NCBI GenBank assembly: GCA_965644295.1
Contig: CBFFRP010000137.1
Coordinates: 1-61,986 of the forward strand
Direction of reading: 5' to 3'
DNA: 61,986 nucleotides
Source: Paraphysomonas bandaiensis
Lineage: Eukaryota; Protista; Chrysophyceae
How positions within the stretch are numbered: the first letter of the stretch is position 1; each line of letters starts with the position of its first letter. Made by a program: the position numbers and the translations under genes. Shown piece by piece: positions 1 to 10,944 of this stretch. The notes beneath the pieces are model-generated. The model was not told the DNA's origin and searched no databases. It was given only the letters and a program-made list of their open reading frames with translations.

Positions 1-2524
1 TGAGGTAGGTTTCAAAATTCGTGAATTTGAGCACCCAAAAACCTCCTGATTCCACTTGACCTCACACCCCAGATCTAGATATGTGACCTCACATTGGAGT
101 CTTGTTAACTCTACATATTACTATATATGGAGAGAAATATTAATGGAGCAATCAGCTAATATTGATGGGGAGCAAGACACAATAGCTGGAGACTTGGGGT
201 TGCACACAGATTTGGAGGGCAAGGTCTTTCACACCCACACTTGTCCAGGTCTGAGAGAACAATATGCACTCTAGGCTGCATAACCCAAGCCAGGAATGCA
301 AGTTATCCACGGCGAGAGTAATATTGTTGGATAGGCGCTATAGCATATCATTGAAGGGCACTGTGAGTTGTGTGTTGTTGAGTGTAAGACCAACCCCAGT
401 GTGAACACAACTCTCCGAATGCCCAGACCAATCCGACTCCAGTCGAACGCACTGGCCACTTTGCCCAACCTAGGGAAAGGAAGGTTAGAAAAGTTTTGTG
501 TGCCTCTAGCTATCCCAAACCTTGTACTCATTAGGCTTGAACAATACTATAGAATTATCTTAGCTTTGTGTCGAGACACTTGTCAGTCTAAGTAGATCGT
601 GCAGAGTGTGTCGTACACTGCAATCCAGGTAGTAGCATAGTGGTATAAGGATGTAGAGATAATAATGACAATGTTAATGTACAGCATAGTATGTAGTACA
701 TGTATAATATATATACATATCTGTGTGTATGGCAGAGCTTGCGGTATCATATATCATATAAGATCCCTAATGACGCACAATCATACTACTGCACATTATA
801 CTATGTAGGTTGATATGTACCTGTATGTATCTAGCAGTACCATATAAAATCTAATTGCGCTGTTCGACTATTCGATTACAAATTGATATAACTAAAGTTC
901 ATTGTGACCAAACTCGGTCAACACATCAACCCTTACCACCGCGGACCGTGGATATCATGATATCCGAAACTGATACGACAACAGTACTGTATTTTCCTCA
1001 TCATAGTCATGTTATTCAGTAGATCTTGATTCATAGAGAGTTGATACTCATCATAATTGTATCCATTCAAGCATAAGAATATACGAAATACGAATACACA
1101 AATAGAGAGCTCATAGCATAGAGTAACTCGATAGCTGGTTATTACTAAAACATATAATATCCTGTTTTCTTAGGAGCCAATTCTTTTGAATTGTATATCG
1201 AGTTATAGTAGTCATTAATTTTACTCTTATATTTACTGCGGTAGTGCTGCAGGAATTAGAAGGATAATGAAAGAAGTAGTTTTTGATTGTCGAAGTGCTC
1301 CGGGTTTTATAGCATGACAGAGTAACTACTATATGGTGATGTGATAAACACGATGTCATCACGTAAACTGTGATTTATACATTATTCATGTGAGCAATCC
1401 TGTTCAAGCACTTAATGAGGAAAGGCCGAACCTCGTACAGTTGGGAGTTTATACGTTTAAACAGTATTTTAAAAAGTACAAACACTTAATGAGGAAAGGC
1501 CGAACCTCGTACAGTTGGGAGTTTATACGTTGAAACAGTATTTAAAAAGTACGACTTCAATTGCATAGATAATGCATGGATACACAACAGCGGACACAAA
1601 TATGAGGAAAATAAGAGGCCTAGACTCCGTGTTTACGATACTGTGACTATATAGTACGCCTCGGTTACTCTTAGCTTTGAGTATTAACTGAAGTGGCTTG
1701 GATGTGGTGTCATCAAATTTGATACTGGACGTTATATGCCGAAACCCAGATTCAAGAACAAGCTGTGAAGGATATCCCCTTCATGTCAGATAAGGAATCT
1801 CTTGCAAATCACTATGTACGCTGGAATCTCTTGCAAATCTAATCAGGGTACGAGGACTTCCTCGTTGATATTAATTCTCTGCGAAGTGCTTTTTGATAGA
1901 GAAACGGATCCAGGGAGCATATGTGAGTATGATATTAGATTTAATTTAAACTTTCCATGCAGACTTTGGGTGGTTGAGCTACCCACGAAAGAAGTTCAAG
2001 ATGTTGTGACTTCTAGATATTATCATTCCAAGTTTCGATAAGGCGCCATGGAAAAAGAACTCTTCCCAAGTTTTTCTATCAGGTGACAATATCTTACTGC
2101 TGTTCTTACTCCAAACAAACGCTATCTTGAATGTAAAAGATATAGGAAGCTTTTATCTGGAAAATCGTCCAGTATCTCACCAGGATATGTCACAATAATC
2201 ACAATCAGACTCAGTATTATCCCACAAGAGGGTTTCCAAGTCTTCGCTATTACTATTTGTCATGGTTAGTGATGCTATAATCATATATAGATGGTTATAG
2301 TGGCTCTCTATGTGATTGGAATGAAAATCGGTACCACGAAGTAGGTCAAACTGTGAGGTCACTTTTCCCAACCTCACAGGTGGGAAAACTAACCTCACCT
2401 CACAAAATCGTGAGGTAGGTTTTGAAAAAAAATTGTGAGGTAGGTCAACAGGGAGGTCAAATTAAAAAATTGGTAGGTTTTTTGTGAGGTTTTTTTCGTC
2501 AAATATGGCTGTTAACATCACCCT
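1..2524 (-). mobile_element. Possible degenerate DNA transposon (PIF/Harbinger-like?) running off the left edge of the window
   Basis: Clusters of GTGAGG/CCTCAC motifs at 1-95 and 2341-2490, including an inverted match GTGACCTCACA (83-93) / TGTGAGGTCAC (2352-2362). The interior has only broken ORFs. A minus-strand fragment AFGELCSHWG (~385-420) weakly resembles the Harbinger 'AFG.L..RWG' motif. Confidence 0.3.
1409..1552. repeat. Tandem duplication of a ~72-bp unit (2 copies)
   Basis: CACTTAATGAGGAAAGGCCGAACCTCGTACAGTTGGGAG...AAAAAGTAC at 1409-1479 and 1483-1552. Confidence 0.9.
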
Positions 2525-2746
2525 CTACTCTGCTGGTGTGGCAGAGAAAGTTCAACGGACTCCGCATTTTCCACCAATGGGATCCCTTCACAGCGTACCT
2601 CAAAAGTGACCATATCGTATCCAGATCTCAACACTGGAATCAATACCATCGTGAGCAAATGAAGAGTGCCAAGTAACTAGTATACAATCTAGTATATATG
2701 TACCCCCTCGTTTATATAGCTACATAGATATTTGTTCAGAATATCT

Positions 2747-4588
2747 ATGGTTGACACAGTACTGTCAGCTTTCGCGACGAGTCTGTTACAAGACCTCCGA
2801 GCCCAACAAGACAGTCATCACTCCACGGAAGATTGTGATATAAGTGATGATGTTCTTGTGTTTAAACATATAGTGGACTGTGTGTCAGTCATGCATGAGT
2901 TGTACTTGTCTCGCATAAGCTCTACTGAAGAAAAATACTCTCCTCATTCACAGACACAGCGGAAGAAAAAGAAAAGTCTACACGCAGGGCTGGTAGCCAG
3001 TATAGGGAAAGTTCTACAGGAAGCTATAATTGCGGATAGTTCTCTATTTGGTGATGACAAGAGTTCTGTCGGGAACCGTGTGGCTACATCTAAACACATA
3101 TTACTTCGTTTTCCAGCATTTTCTCTGCAACGACTGACATCTAAGAACACTCCCTTAATTCATTACGCTGCCTACAATAGTCAAAGCCTTGAACTAGTAC
3201 GCATTATTCATGATTTGAATGGGGATGCTGTATTCCAGGAAGACGCTGATGGTGCCCTTCCTTTGCACTGGGCGACCCTTAACACAACAACTCCCGACAT
3301 TGCGCTATTCCTGTTACAGGCCTACCCCAAGGCCGTAGAACACGCAGACCGTTCCGGCTACCTACCGCTACACTGGGTAGTTAATCAGTCTTCACCAGTG
3401 CTGCGCGTCGTGGAATCCTTGTTGGAGAGTTATACTGGTGCCGCAACGGCTCCTTCTATCTCTGGGGCCCTACCGCTTCACTGGGCTGTGAATAGATCGT
3501 CCCCTGATGTCGATGTAGTTAAGACACTTCTCGCCGCTCATCCACAGGGAGTCAAGCACGCTTGTAAAGACCAATGGCTTCCATTGCACTACGCGAGCAA
3601 CCGGGCCAATCCATCTCTTCCTGTCATGCAATTGCTGATTGATGCCTACCCCGACAGCGTTTCGATTAGAAACACTGACGGACAGGTGCCCCTACACCGC
3701 CTACTCGATCGACACAATCCTTCAAGAAGAGCTGTAAAGACTCTTATTCAGGCTTGCCCTGCCACCCTCAGAGCGGCAGATGTTGAAGGGTACCTTCCTC
3801 TGCACATTAGCCTCGATGGCACACAGCCACCATCAGTGAAGCTTGTACAAATGCTGGTGCAGAGTTGCTTCCAGTCCGTCAAGCACAAAACACTTGACGG
3901 TCTGTTGCCAATACATTTAGCAATGAAAATGGAAGACGCTGATGAAGAGGAAAAAAGTAGACAATATAGCCCAAAGGAGGACAGCAAGTCGTCTCGAGTT
4001 CTGGCGATCATCAAGGAGTTGGTGTCACTCTACCCAGAGAGTGCACATGAGGTAGCCGTGGACGTTATACCACTACAAACAGGAGCAAATCCAGACACAT
4101 GGGATGGGCCATGGCGAAAGCACAGATGGACTCCAATGAGTCTAGCGCTTTCTCATGGCAAAAACAGTGATCTGGCGAAGCTTCTGAGACCCTACGCCAA
4201 GAAGAGAAATGTCATTGGAAAGGTTAACTCCGTACTTGCCTTTCAGCAGCATCACGACGGACAAGCCCAGCAGCCTCAGCAAACACTACCACGCCAGACA
4301 CCCCTGGTGTATCAATCGAATCTGGAGTATACTCATGACACCTCTATATCTATAAACATATGCCAGCATAAACAGCATGATTGTCAGCGGGCATCCACGA
4401 GCGTATCTGCATCTCGCTCCGCCCAGTTGGAAACGGGAGGGAGTGTCGGCCGATTCCCTCTAGATTGTTCGGAGTTTCTTATTGATAAAAAATCACTCGG
4501 CAATAAGAATGTGACACCAATTAAACCTCCTCACATCCAAACAAAGACGTTCTTACTGGAGGAGGAAGATGCAATGGAGTTGGTATGA
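2747..4588 (+). CDS. Ankyrin-repeat protein
   Basis: Long ORF with first ATG at 2747 and about 7 repeats of G.LPLH.A (GALPLHWA, GYLPLHWV, WLPLHYA, GQVPLHRL, GLLPIHLA). Confidence 0.9.
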   Translation: MVDTVLSAFATSLLQDLRAQQDSHHSTEDCDISDDVLVFKHIVDCVSVMHELYLSRISSTEEKYSPHSQTQRKKKKSLHAGLVASIGKVLQEAIIADSSLFGDDKSSVGNRVATSKHILLRFPAFSLQRLTSKNTPLIHYAAYNSQSLELVRIIHDLNGDAVFQEDADGALPLHWATLNTTTPDIALFLLQAYPKAVEHADRSGYLPLHWVVNQSSPVLRVVESLLESYTGAATAPSISGALPLHWAVNRSSPDVDVVKTLLAAHPQGVKHACKDQWLPLHYASNRANPSLPVMQLLIDAYPDSVSIRNTDGQVPLHRLLDRHNPSRRAVKTLIQACPATLRAADVEGYLPLHISLDGTQPPSVKLVQMLVQSCFQSVKHKTLDGLLPIHLAMKMEDADEEEKSRQYSPKEDSKSSRVLAIIKELVSLYPESAHEVAVDVIPLQTGANPDTWDGPWRKHRWTPMSLALSHGKNSDLAKLLRPYAKKRNVIGKVNSVLAFQQHHDGQAQQPQQTLPRQTPLVYQSNLEYTHDTSISINICQHKQHDCQRASTSVSASRSAQLETGGSVGRFPLDCSEFLIDKKSLGNKNVTPIKPPHIQTKTFLLEEEDAMELV

Positions 4589-5591
4589 ATTGTGTTGCTC
4601 ATGCTTCTCGATCTATCGACTACTTCGTGATTTTGTTCGACGTGTGCCCTTATTATTGTGGTGACAGTGTCATTAGTGTGTGAATGAGTCTTCGTTCTGC
4701 TATATAATTTTGACTACACACAACCAAGTATGCTATAATATTTTTTGGAGTTTGTGGAGTGCAGTGTAGTGCAGTGTAGTGTAGTGTAGTGTTCCCGATG
4801 ATGGAGTCTTGATGTAGTGCTATTATGTTTGTTATGTGGTGATATTCTTTGCTAAGTGTTTTTATTCTTTATGCCCTATAGTATTTGGGCTGATAGAATA
4901 AGTATTCGTGTGACGGGATTGCTGAAATAACATAATGTTGTATTGATACCAGACATGAATGCTTGTCAATATGAAGTACCTGAGTAGCAGAACTGCGTGG
5001 CGAAATGCAGAATCCACTTGAATCCCCGAAGTGTTTGCAAGATTTGCCCAGATCAAATTTTTCTTTATTCAATAGGATTTAATTCTAAATGCCTAGGAGA
5101 TACACTTTTGTGCAAATAAGATAAAATTATTTTATTCCTACTAAACGATATGTCTCAACATTTTTGCTCAAGCATCGGTATTCGGTATTGCATTAGCTCA
5201 GTGAGACGCGCTCGCTTCTGTAGAGCAACAAAGAAGGGAAATCTCAGTGTATGATTAAATTAATTTGTCCTACAAACACCATGTGATAAATATCAACCGT
5301 TTTATAGTACTTCTTATCTTGCTTCACAATATCTACAACCTACAACTATGTAGTAGGGCCAACAATTGACAATGAAGCAAATCGAATATGACAGTTCGAA
5401 TATAATTTCAGTTATAAGATACCCTGCAAACTGCAAGCCATTAATAGATAAATATATATTGGGTGGTGTTAGCTGGTATCTTAGACAGTCACGGCGTGTA
5501 ATCAATATAATATCTTATACTAGGTGGAATATACCAAAATTGACTAGGTTGAAGCAACACTTATTACTTCGACTAGGTTATTCGTTATTCC

Positions 5592-5698
5592 CAGGACTGC
5601 GTATCAACTAATTGATTTTCAATTAATTACAGTAATAGCAATTATAATTGACTACAACCTGCGTCAATTAATTGCCAGTTAATTGATTCGCTGCCCTG
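5592..5698 (-). mobile_element. 107-bp minimal hAT-type MITE
   Basis: Ends CAGGACTGCGTATCAA / TTGATTCGCTGCCCTG with 8-bp TSD GTTATTCC (5584-5591, 5699-5706). Made of the two termini of the 5835-6550 element in opposite orientation. Confidence 0.85.
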
Positions 5699-5834
5699 GT
5701 TATTCCACCAATTTTGGTATGACCAGGTTTTCAGCCAAATTGACTTGGTTGAAAAATATTTCCCTTGATGAAAACTTCCCCAATTAATTAACTAACGCTA
5801 TTTTATAAAGGCCACACACAGTTATGCTAAGAAA

Positions 5835-6550
5835 CAGGGCTGCGTATCAATTAATTGTCAATTAATTGACACAGGTTGTAGTCAATTATAATTGCGATTA
5901 TTACTTTCTGTCTCTCAATTTCAATCATTGCAATTATTTAGTACTAAAATACACTAGCTGCCAAAATAGCTACACATCAACTGTCATTTCATTCCAGAGG
6001 CGACGATTCATGCGTAAGAACATAATTAGCTCTTAAATGTTGAGGAGTCAAGCTCTTGAGCAAGCCCGTCATAACAATCGTAGCTCTACTGAACAAGCTT
6101 TCAATCTTATTGATTGTGGCATGCAAGTGTTTCATGCTGCGGTAACGAGTTTGCTGGTTAAGTCTCTCGCTCGCTTCCGCTGCCTGCTGCTACCATCAAT
6201 CAAACGTTGCGCTGCGTCGTCATTCGGAACTAGACTCGCACCGTCGTAATCTTCTTTTTCCTCGTATGCATGGTGCCAGTTTGTCGCTCATATTGCTAAT
6301 TAAGTTAAATGAATTACTATGTGAGATAACCCTATATGGAAATTTTAGTATTATCCTTAAAATTGGATTTTTTCAATAAGAATGCTGTTTTTTAACATTT
6401 TTTTAGCATAAAAAGATGGGTTTCTTAATATCAATAAATTACAATTAATTGAAGCTAGCTGGAGTTAATTATAATTGCAATTATGATTTGATGTCCCAAT
6501 TTCAATAATTGACAATTAATTGAAAATCAATTAATTGATACGCAGTCCTG
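5835..6550 (+). mobile_element. Non-autonomous hAT element (MITE), 716 bp
   Basis: TIR CAGGGCTGCGTATCAATTAATTG / CAATTAATTGATACGCAGTCCTG, perfect 8-bp TSD CTAAGAAA (5827-5834, 6551-6558), subterminal AATTG/CAATT repeats. Confidence 0.92.
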
Positions 6551-7181
6551 CTAAGAAATAGCCAAGAATCAAGCATGCAACAGCGAACTGCGCAACAATG
6601 TTTTCAATAAGCGTGCTTAAGTTAGCAGTTCCTATGTTAGATTCAAAACAAGGCAATGAGCAGTATAATGCTTATACTACAAGCTACGATTCCGAAAAAT
6701 GTTTCATAGACTACATAGCAGATATGTTTATTGTCATTTCCGAAGTATTCATAGTGTTCACTTATATCTTACAGTAGTCATATACACAGGACTTAATGTA
6801 TAAGTAAGTCTCTTGAAATACTTGAAGCCAATTTCAATTACTTCTTCACAAACTATCTTCAATTTGATGCGTTATTCATTGTAGCGATGAAGTGGTAAGC
6901 CAGTTATATTTCAACTAGGACATTCTACAAGTATGCCCGGGTTGAATACGCTGCTGCGGACGAGGTTCCATAGTTCAAGTGTTCAAGTCATTTTCTTGAC
7001 GGAACAGTTCTCCCACAAATAAATTCGCGTATCTTTTTAATTTAATATGTTACTTCAATATATTGATCGTAGTATAGCAAACAATTTCGATTGGCCTTCT
7101 AGTTTGTCGGCTGCGGTCAAATATATGGTGGGTAAAGCAAGTATGCAAAGAGATATTTCGACATCTTGATATGTTCAAGTG

Positions 7182-8726
7182 CTAGAGAAAGTATTTTTCC
7201 ACAAACGTAAATTGAAAATGCGTTAATTGGTTTTGCACAACAGCACTATTTTCTCTGTCAACAATCGGAACCGCTTTCGCAATTTTCTCAACAACATCCC
7301 TGCGGCATATGTCATCCGCACCTCTCGCCGCTTCGGCGAGTTGTTCGCAAGTCACTTTAGAGAGGGAATCAGCTAATATTTCTGCAGTAGAAATTTGATC
7401 AAACATGTTCCTCACGGCCACGAATAGGCTATAGAAATCTCCTGGCGAGATATTATCAGCGGAATTCTGGGAAAACCAAGCTTTAATCTTTCCGGTCTGA
7501 TCGAACGACTCACGAAGAGTGGCTACAAGTCCACTCATACCATCTTCTTGTGGTATAACCGAAGGATATAGGGGTCGATAAACATCCTCAGGATCAACTT
7601 CTGAGGGAGGTGCATATTGCGCGACCGGTAATTCGACCAATGAATTACTGACCGGAGACCAATTCTCCGGCATTGTTGAAGGCAACACTTTCGCGGGGAC
7701 ATCCTCTTCATCTACCTCCACCACCGGTATCGGAGAAAATATGTGGATAGGCTGACATAATTCTGGATTATTGGTACCACACGGAGTTCGCATTCGAATA
7801 ACAATGTCATGACGAATAGTTATCAAGTCACCAGAATATGACGACAAAACGTTAGACGGCACTGAGATATTAACTGAGTGTCGCCCGGCGAGAAGGGTGT
7901 CCCTCACCTGTCTCAGGACGTCCTCGTTAGCAAAGCTGACCGGCTTCGTCACAGGAGTTCCCACATCTTTCAAATCTTCAGTGGGCATCGATGATGAAAA
8001 CAAAACGGTATAGCATAAAGAGGAATGTCCGCGTGCTCTCCAGACTATATGTTCCGATAGAATTATATCTACTGCAAGTATTTCGGTCGCCGATTTATTG
8101 ATCACAGCGTAGTTAACTTTCGCACTTTCACCCGCACAGATCATATTTGACGACACAGCCCCACCGGACACAATATGCCCACGTCCAAAACAGAAGCATG
8201 TATTGACTGGAACAACTGATGGGTTCATATATACAGGACATTGATGTGAGGGAGGTGTTGTCACAACAACAAAATGTCGCGAGTGTTGAACACTCCAAGC
8301 CATCCACCCATCACGATGTAAGCGTGCATCTACAGAATATCCTATGTTGCATGATCCAGAACCACGTTCTGCAGACATACTTGACGGTAAACCACTTGGA
8401 ACTAGAAATTTAAAAGGGTACTCGTAATCGCCCTGCGGAAGACTCCCTGAAGACATCTCTGCCAACGGAAAAAATGTATTCAAAAAGTTAGATTGCGAAC
8501 GAGCAGTTTTTCGATGTGTTTTTCTGTTCTTTCCAGTCCCAGTAGATGTCGTGTACGTGACTTTTGTCTTCTCATAGCCCTGGATGTTTAGTACCAGACT
8601 TGAGCAATCCACTACTGGCTTATGCACGCTCAAGTACACCTTACCCGTCAGATAAGAGCCCGCAGTAACGGACTCCTGATCAAGGGTAACAACTACAGTG
8701 GCCGCCTTTTCTCCGACTTGTCCCAT
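7182..8726 (-). CDS. Arrestin-domain protein (arrestin N and C) with helical C-terminal extension
   Basis: 515-aa ORF with typical arrestin_N motifs: 'AGSYLTGKVYL', 'LNIQGYEKT', 'LPQGDYEYPFKFLVPSGLPSSM', 'IGYSVDARLHR'. Confidence 0.88.
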   Translation of the reverse strand: MGQVGEKAATVVVTLDQESVTAGSYLTGKVYLSVHKPVVDCSSLVLNIQGYEKTKVTYTTSTGTGKNRKTHRKTARSQSNFLNTFFPLAEMSSGSLPQGDYEYPFKFLVPSGLPSSMSAERGSGSCNIGYSVDARLHRDGWMAWSVQHSRHFVVVTTPPSHQCPVYMNPSVVPVNTCFCFGRGHIVSGGAVSSNMICAGESAKVNYAVINKSATEILAVDIILSEHIVWRARGHSSLCYTVLFSSSMPTEDLKDVGTPVTKPVSFANEDVLRQVRDTLLAGRHSVNISVPSNVLSSYSGDLITIRHDIVIRMRTPCGTNNPELCQPIHIFSPIPVVEVDEEDVPAKVLPSTMPENWSPVSNSLVELPVAQYAPPSEVDPEDVYRPLYPSVIPQEDGMSGLVATLRESFDQTGKIKAWFSQNSADNISPGDFYSLFVAVRNMFDQISTAEILADSLSKVTCEQLAEAARGADDICRRDVVEKIAKAVPIVDRENSAVVQNQLTHFQFTFVEKYFL

Positions 8727-9147
8727 CACTCAACCTATGCAAGTTATCTACCAATACATATGTATATGTACAACTCTCTCTTGAAGTATCTCGATAGCAG
8801 CACACGATGCATGGCACTGCTGCAGATATTCTGCTGTGGGATCTCCTAAAAAACGAAACCATTTCCTAAAAAGAGGCATTTTTCTTTTTTCTTGTCAACT
8901 GCAAGAGTTGGAGGCTGAGAACAATTCATATCTTGTCACTGCTGCATACCATACCATACCATAGGTCCTAGTGGTGTGGCACGAGGATAGGAGGAGCAAG
9001 AAAAAGAAGTGAATTCTTTCTTGCATTGAAGTGAATGTATTCCTATTGCGTAGTAGTAGATATGCTTCATAAACGAGAGCTCCATACACGCGTATAGTCG
9101 AATGACTATCACACGATCAGGGAGTCTTATTATTCAGTTCGTACCCA

Positions 9148-9648
9148 ATGAGCAGGGCATTGAGTTCAGGTACTGAGGCCGATATGCTTCACTGTATTGT
9201 TTCGCTGACACTGTGAACAGGCGGTATAGACCCTGATATTACCGCTACATTCGATGAGTATCACTCTCGCGTTGTTGAATCGTTGAACAGATATCAAATA
9301 CTTGAGCAACAAAATGTCGAGCTGAAATCTGAAACTGAAACGTTAAAGAAAGACATTAGCATAATTCAACGTCTAGTCGCAGAAAGAGATCAGCAAATTG
9401 AAGTTCTCGCCAAGAGTGTCCTGGCAATATCAAATGTTATTTCTGAAAAAGTTGATGCGGTTCGCTCTGGTGTGGAAATGCAAAAAAAAGCTATTCAAAC
9501 ACAGTACGATCTCGATGTGGCTATTTCATCTAAACGCGCGTTGGAGAGAGATTTGCTGCTGCAAAAAGCTGAAAATGAGCGTCTACGAAATACTAATTGT
9601 CAGTTACAAAGAGAACGTCAGCACAGCAACTCCAAGTATTTCAATTAA
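9148..9648 (+). CDS. Small coiled-coil protein, 2 exons (9148-9169, 9221-9648)
   Basis: ATG at 9148. A GT-AG intron at 9170-9220 joins in frame to the 9283-9648 ORF. Heptad-like E/K/L/Q composition. Confidence 0.6.
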
Positions 9649-10026
9649 ACATTCTCGTTTTCATGATGCCTTACCGAAACCTTATTACTACACGTCATAT
9701 AGTTTTGAATTAATGTGATCAGTTTTATTTTTTCACGTAGCTCTATTTAATAATCGCAGCCGTTCATTTAGTATTTTTTTTAGTCATTCTTGATGACTTA
9801 TTCCAATATGTTATATTACAATGAAGAATATCACTCTTGCGCTCAATTTCTGGTAATATTGCAATATATATCAGCGTATAAAATAGCGATTACGTGTACA
9901 ACATAAAAGAAACTTTGATTAATTGAGGAACTCAACGAAGCTAGAAAAGGAAAGACAGCACCCCCTGTCACCTTCCCCCACTGTGTGTGTTATAGATTCA
10001 TAGACACTATATAAGTAATCCTTAAA

Positions 10027-10359
10027 CCGTGGTCTGGTAGCATGTAATGGTAAGGTCATTTAATTTCCGGAAACTGGGCACCCATTAGTGGGCTATTAAC
10101 CGCATTTACTGTTACTTGATATATGCTTTTGAATGAAGTGTTTTAAAGGTATAGTATCTCCGATTCTCCGAAGAAATTATAGACAATCCGGATGTGTCAG
10201 TGGAGAGCAAGAAGAATGATGAGGTGTAATTACGATTTGCATAATCTGTTATATATAAGCAAAAATATTGAAATTAACGGCCATTGTAATTTCTGGGACA
10301 TAGTAATCACCCCTTAATATTCCGTGAACTGGGCACCCGTTAATTATAACCAGGCACTG
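10027..10359 (+). mobile_element. Degenerate MITE related to the 14335-14826 element
   Basis: Shares internal segments (ATAGTATCT...GATGTGTCAGTGGAGAGCAAGAAG; GGCCATTGTAATTTC) and a right end ACCAGGCACTG resembling TCCAGGCCCTG. Confidence 0.55.
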
Positions 10360-10406
10360 CTTTATACTATTGCTTTTACTCTAATGTGTTACACTACAAG
10401 AACATT

Positions 10407-10919
10407 CCCTCAACAAAGTCGGACTCGCAACTTTCCGTGGTGCTCTGGGGGTTAAGTACCGGAGAGATTCTCTCTGGGAAACTAATGTGAGCCGCAAACA
10501 TAGTCAGCAGATATTATTCAGCCCATTCATAGCCGAATGCTTGTGTAGTACAAGGGACAACAACAAGTCTCACTTGTGTAGACGTCTTTGGGCCTTGATG
10601 AATAAACAGGCGTCCGGGAATGATGCTCCCACCTCAAGGGCATCCGGGACAGGGCCCACCTGAAGGGTAACCGGGGTATTGGGCTGCCTGCTGAAGTCAA
10701 GCATCCGGGATGTTCACCTTATGAACTCAGAGCGGAAGTGGTCGCACCTTGGTGCTTGCGGCGACGCACAAGCAGCTTCCGTAGCGTTAAATAGTAGGAT
10801 AAAAAAAGTGTGTACTGATTAGTTACAGGTAGAGGTCTAACTAGTTTGTCTAGCATTCATCTAGCTACTAAGTTGGTGCAGGTTTTTAACGCCTATTGCT
10901 AATAATAAGACTTTCAATA
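10407..10919 (+). mobile_element. Non-coding retroposon (SINE/SIDE-like), copy A, short form
   Basis: Flanked by TAC(A/G)AGAACATT (10395-10406, 10920-10931). Homologous to 18670-19852, 47921-48454(-), 10945-11237(-) and 53195-53380. No ORF. 3' end TAATAAGACTTTCAATA. Confidence 0.85.
10415..10493 (+). ncRNA. Candidate HDV-like (R2-type) ribozyme fold at the retroposon 5' end
   Basis: P2 CTCGCA(10424-29)/TGTGAG(10486-91); P3 ACT/GGT around loop TTCCGT; GCTCT followed by a G run; P4 hairpin CCGGAGAG-ATT-CTCTCTGG; J4/2 CTAA (C10482). P1 is short or unresolved. Confidence 0.5.
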
Positions 10920-10944
10920 TACGAGAACATTCCCAAAGTACAAT

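Noticed and set aside
10395-10406. AGAAC upstream of copy A as the ribozyme P1 strand
   Set aside because: It lies in the target-site duplication (repeated at 10920-10931) and is not part of the element.
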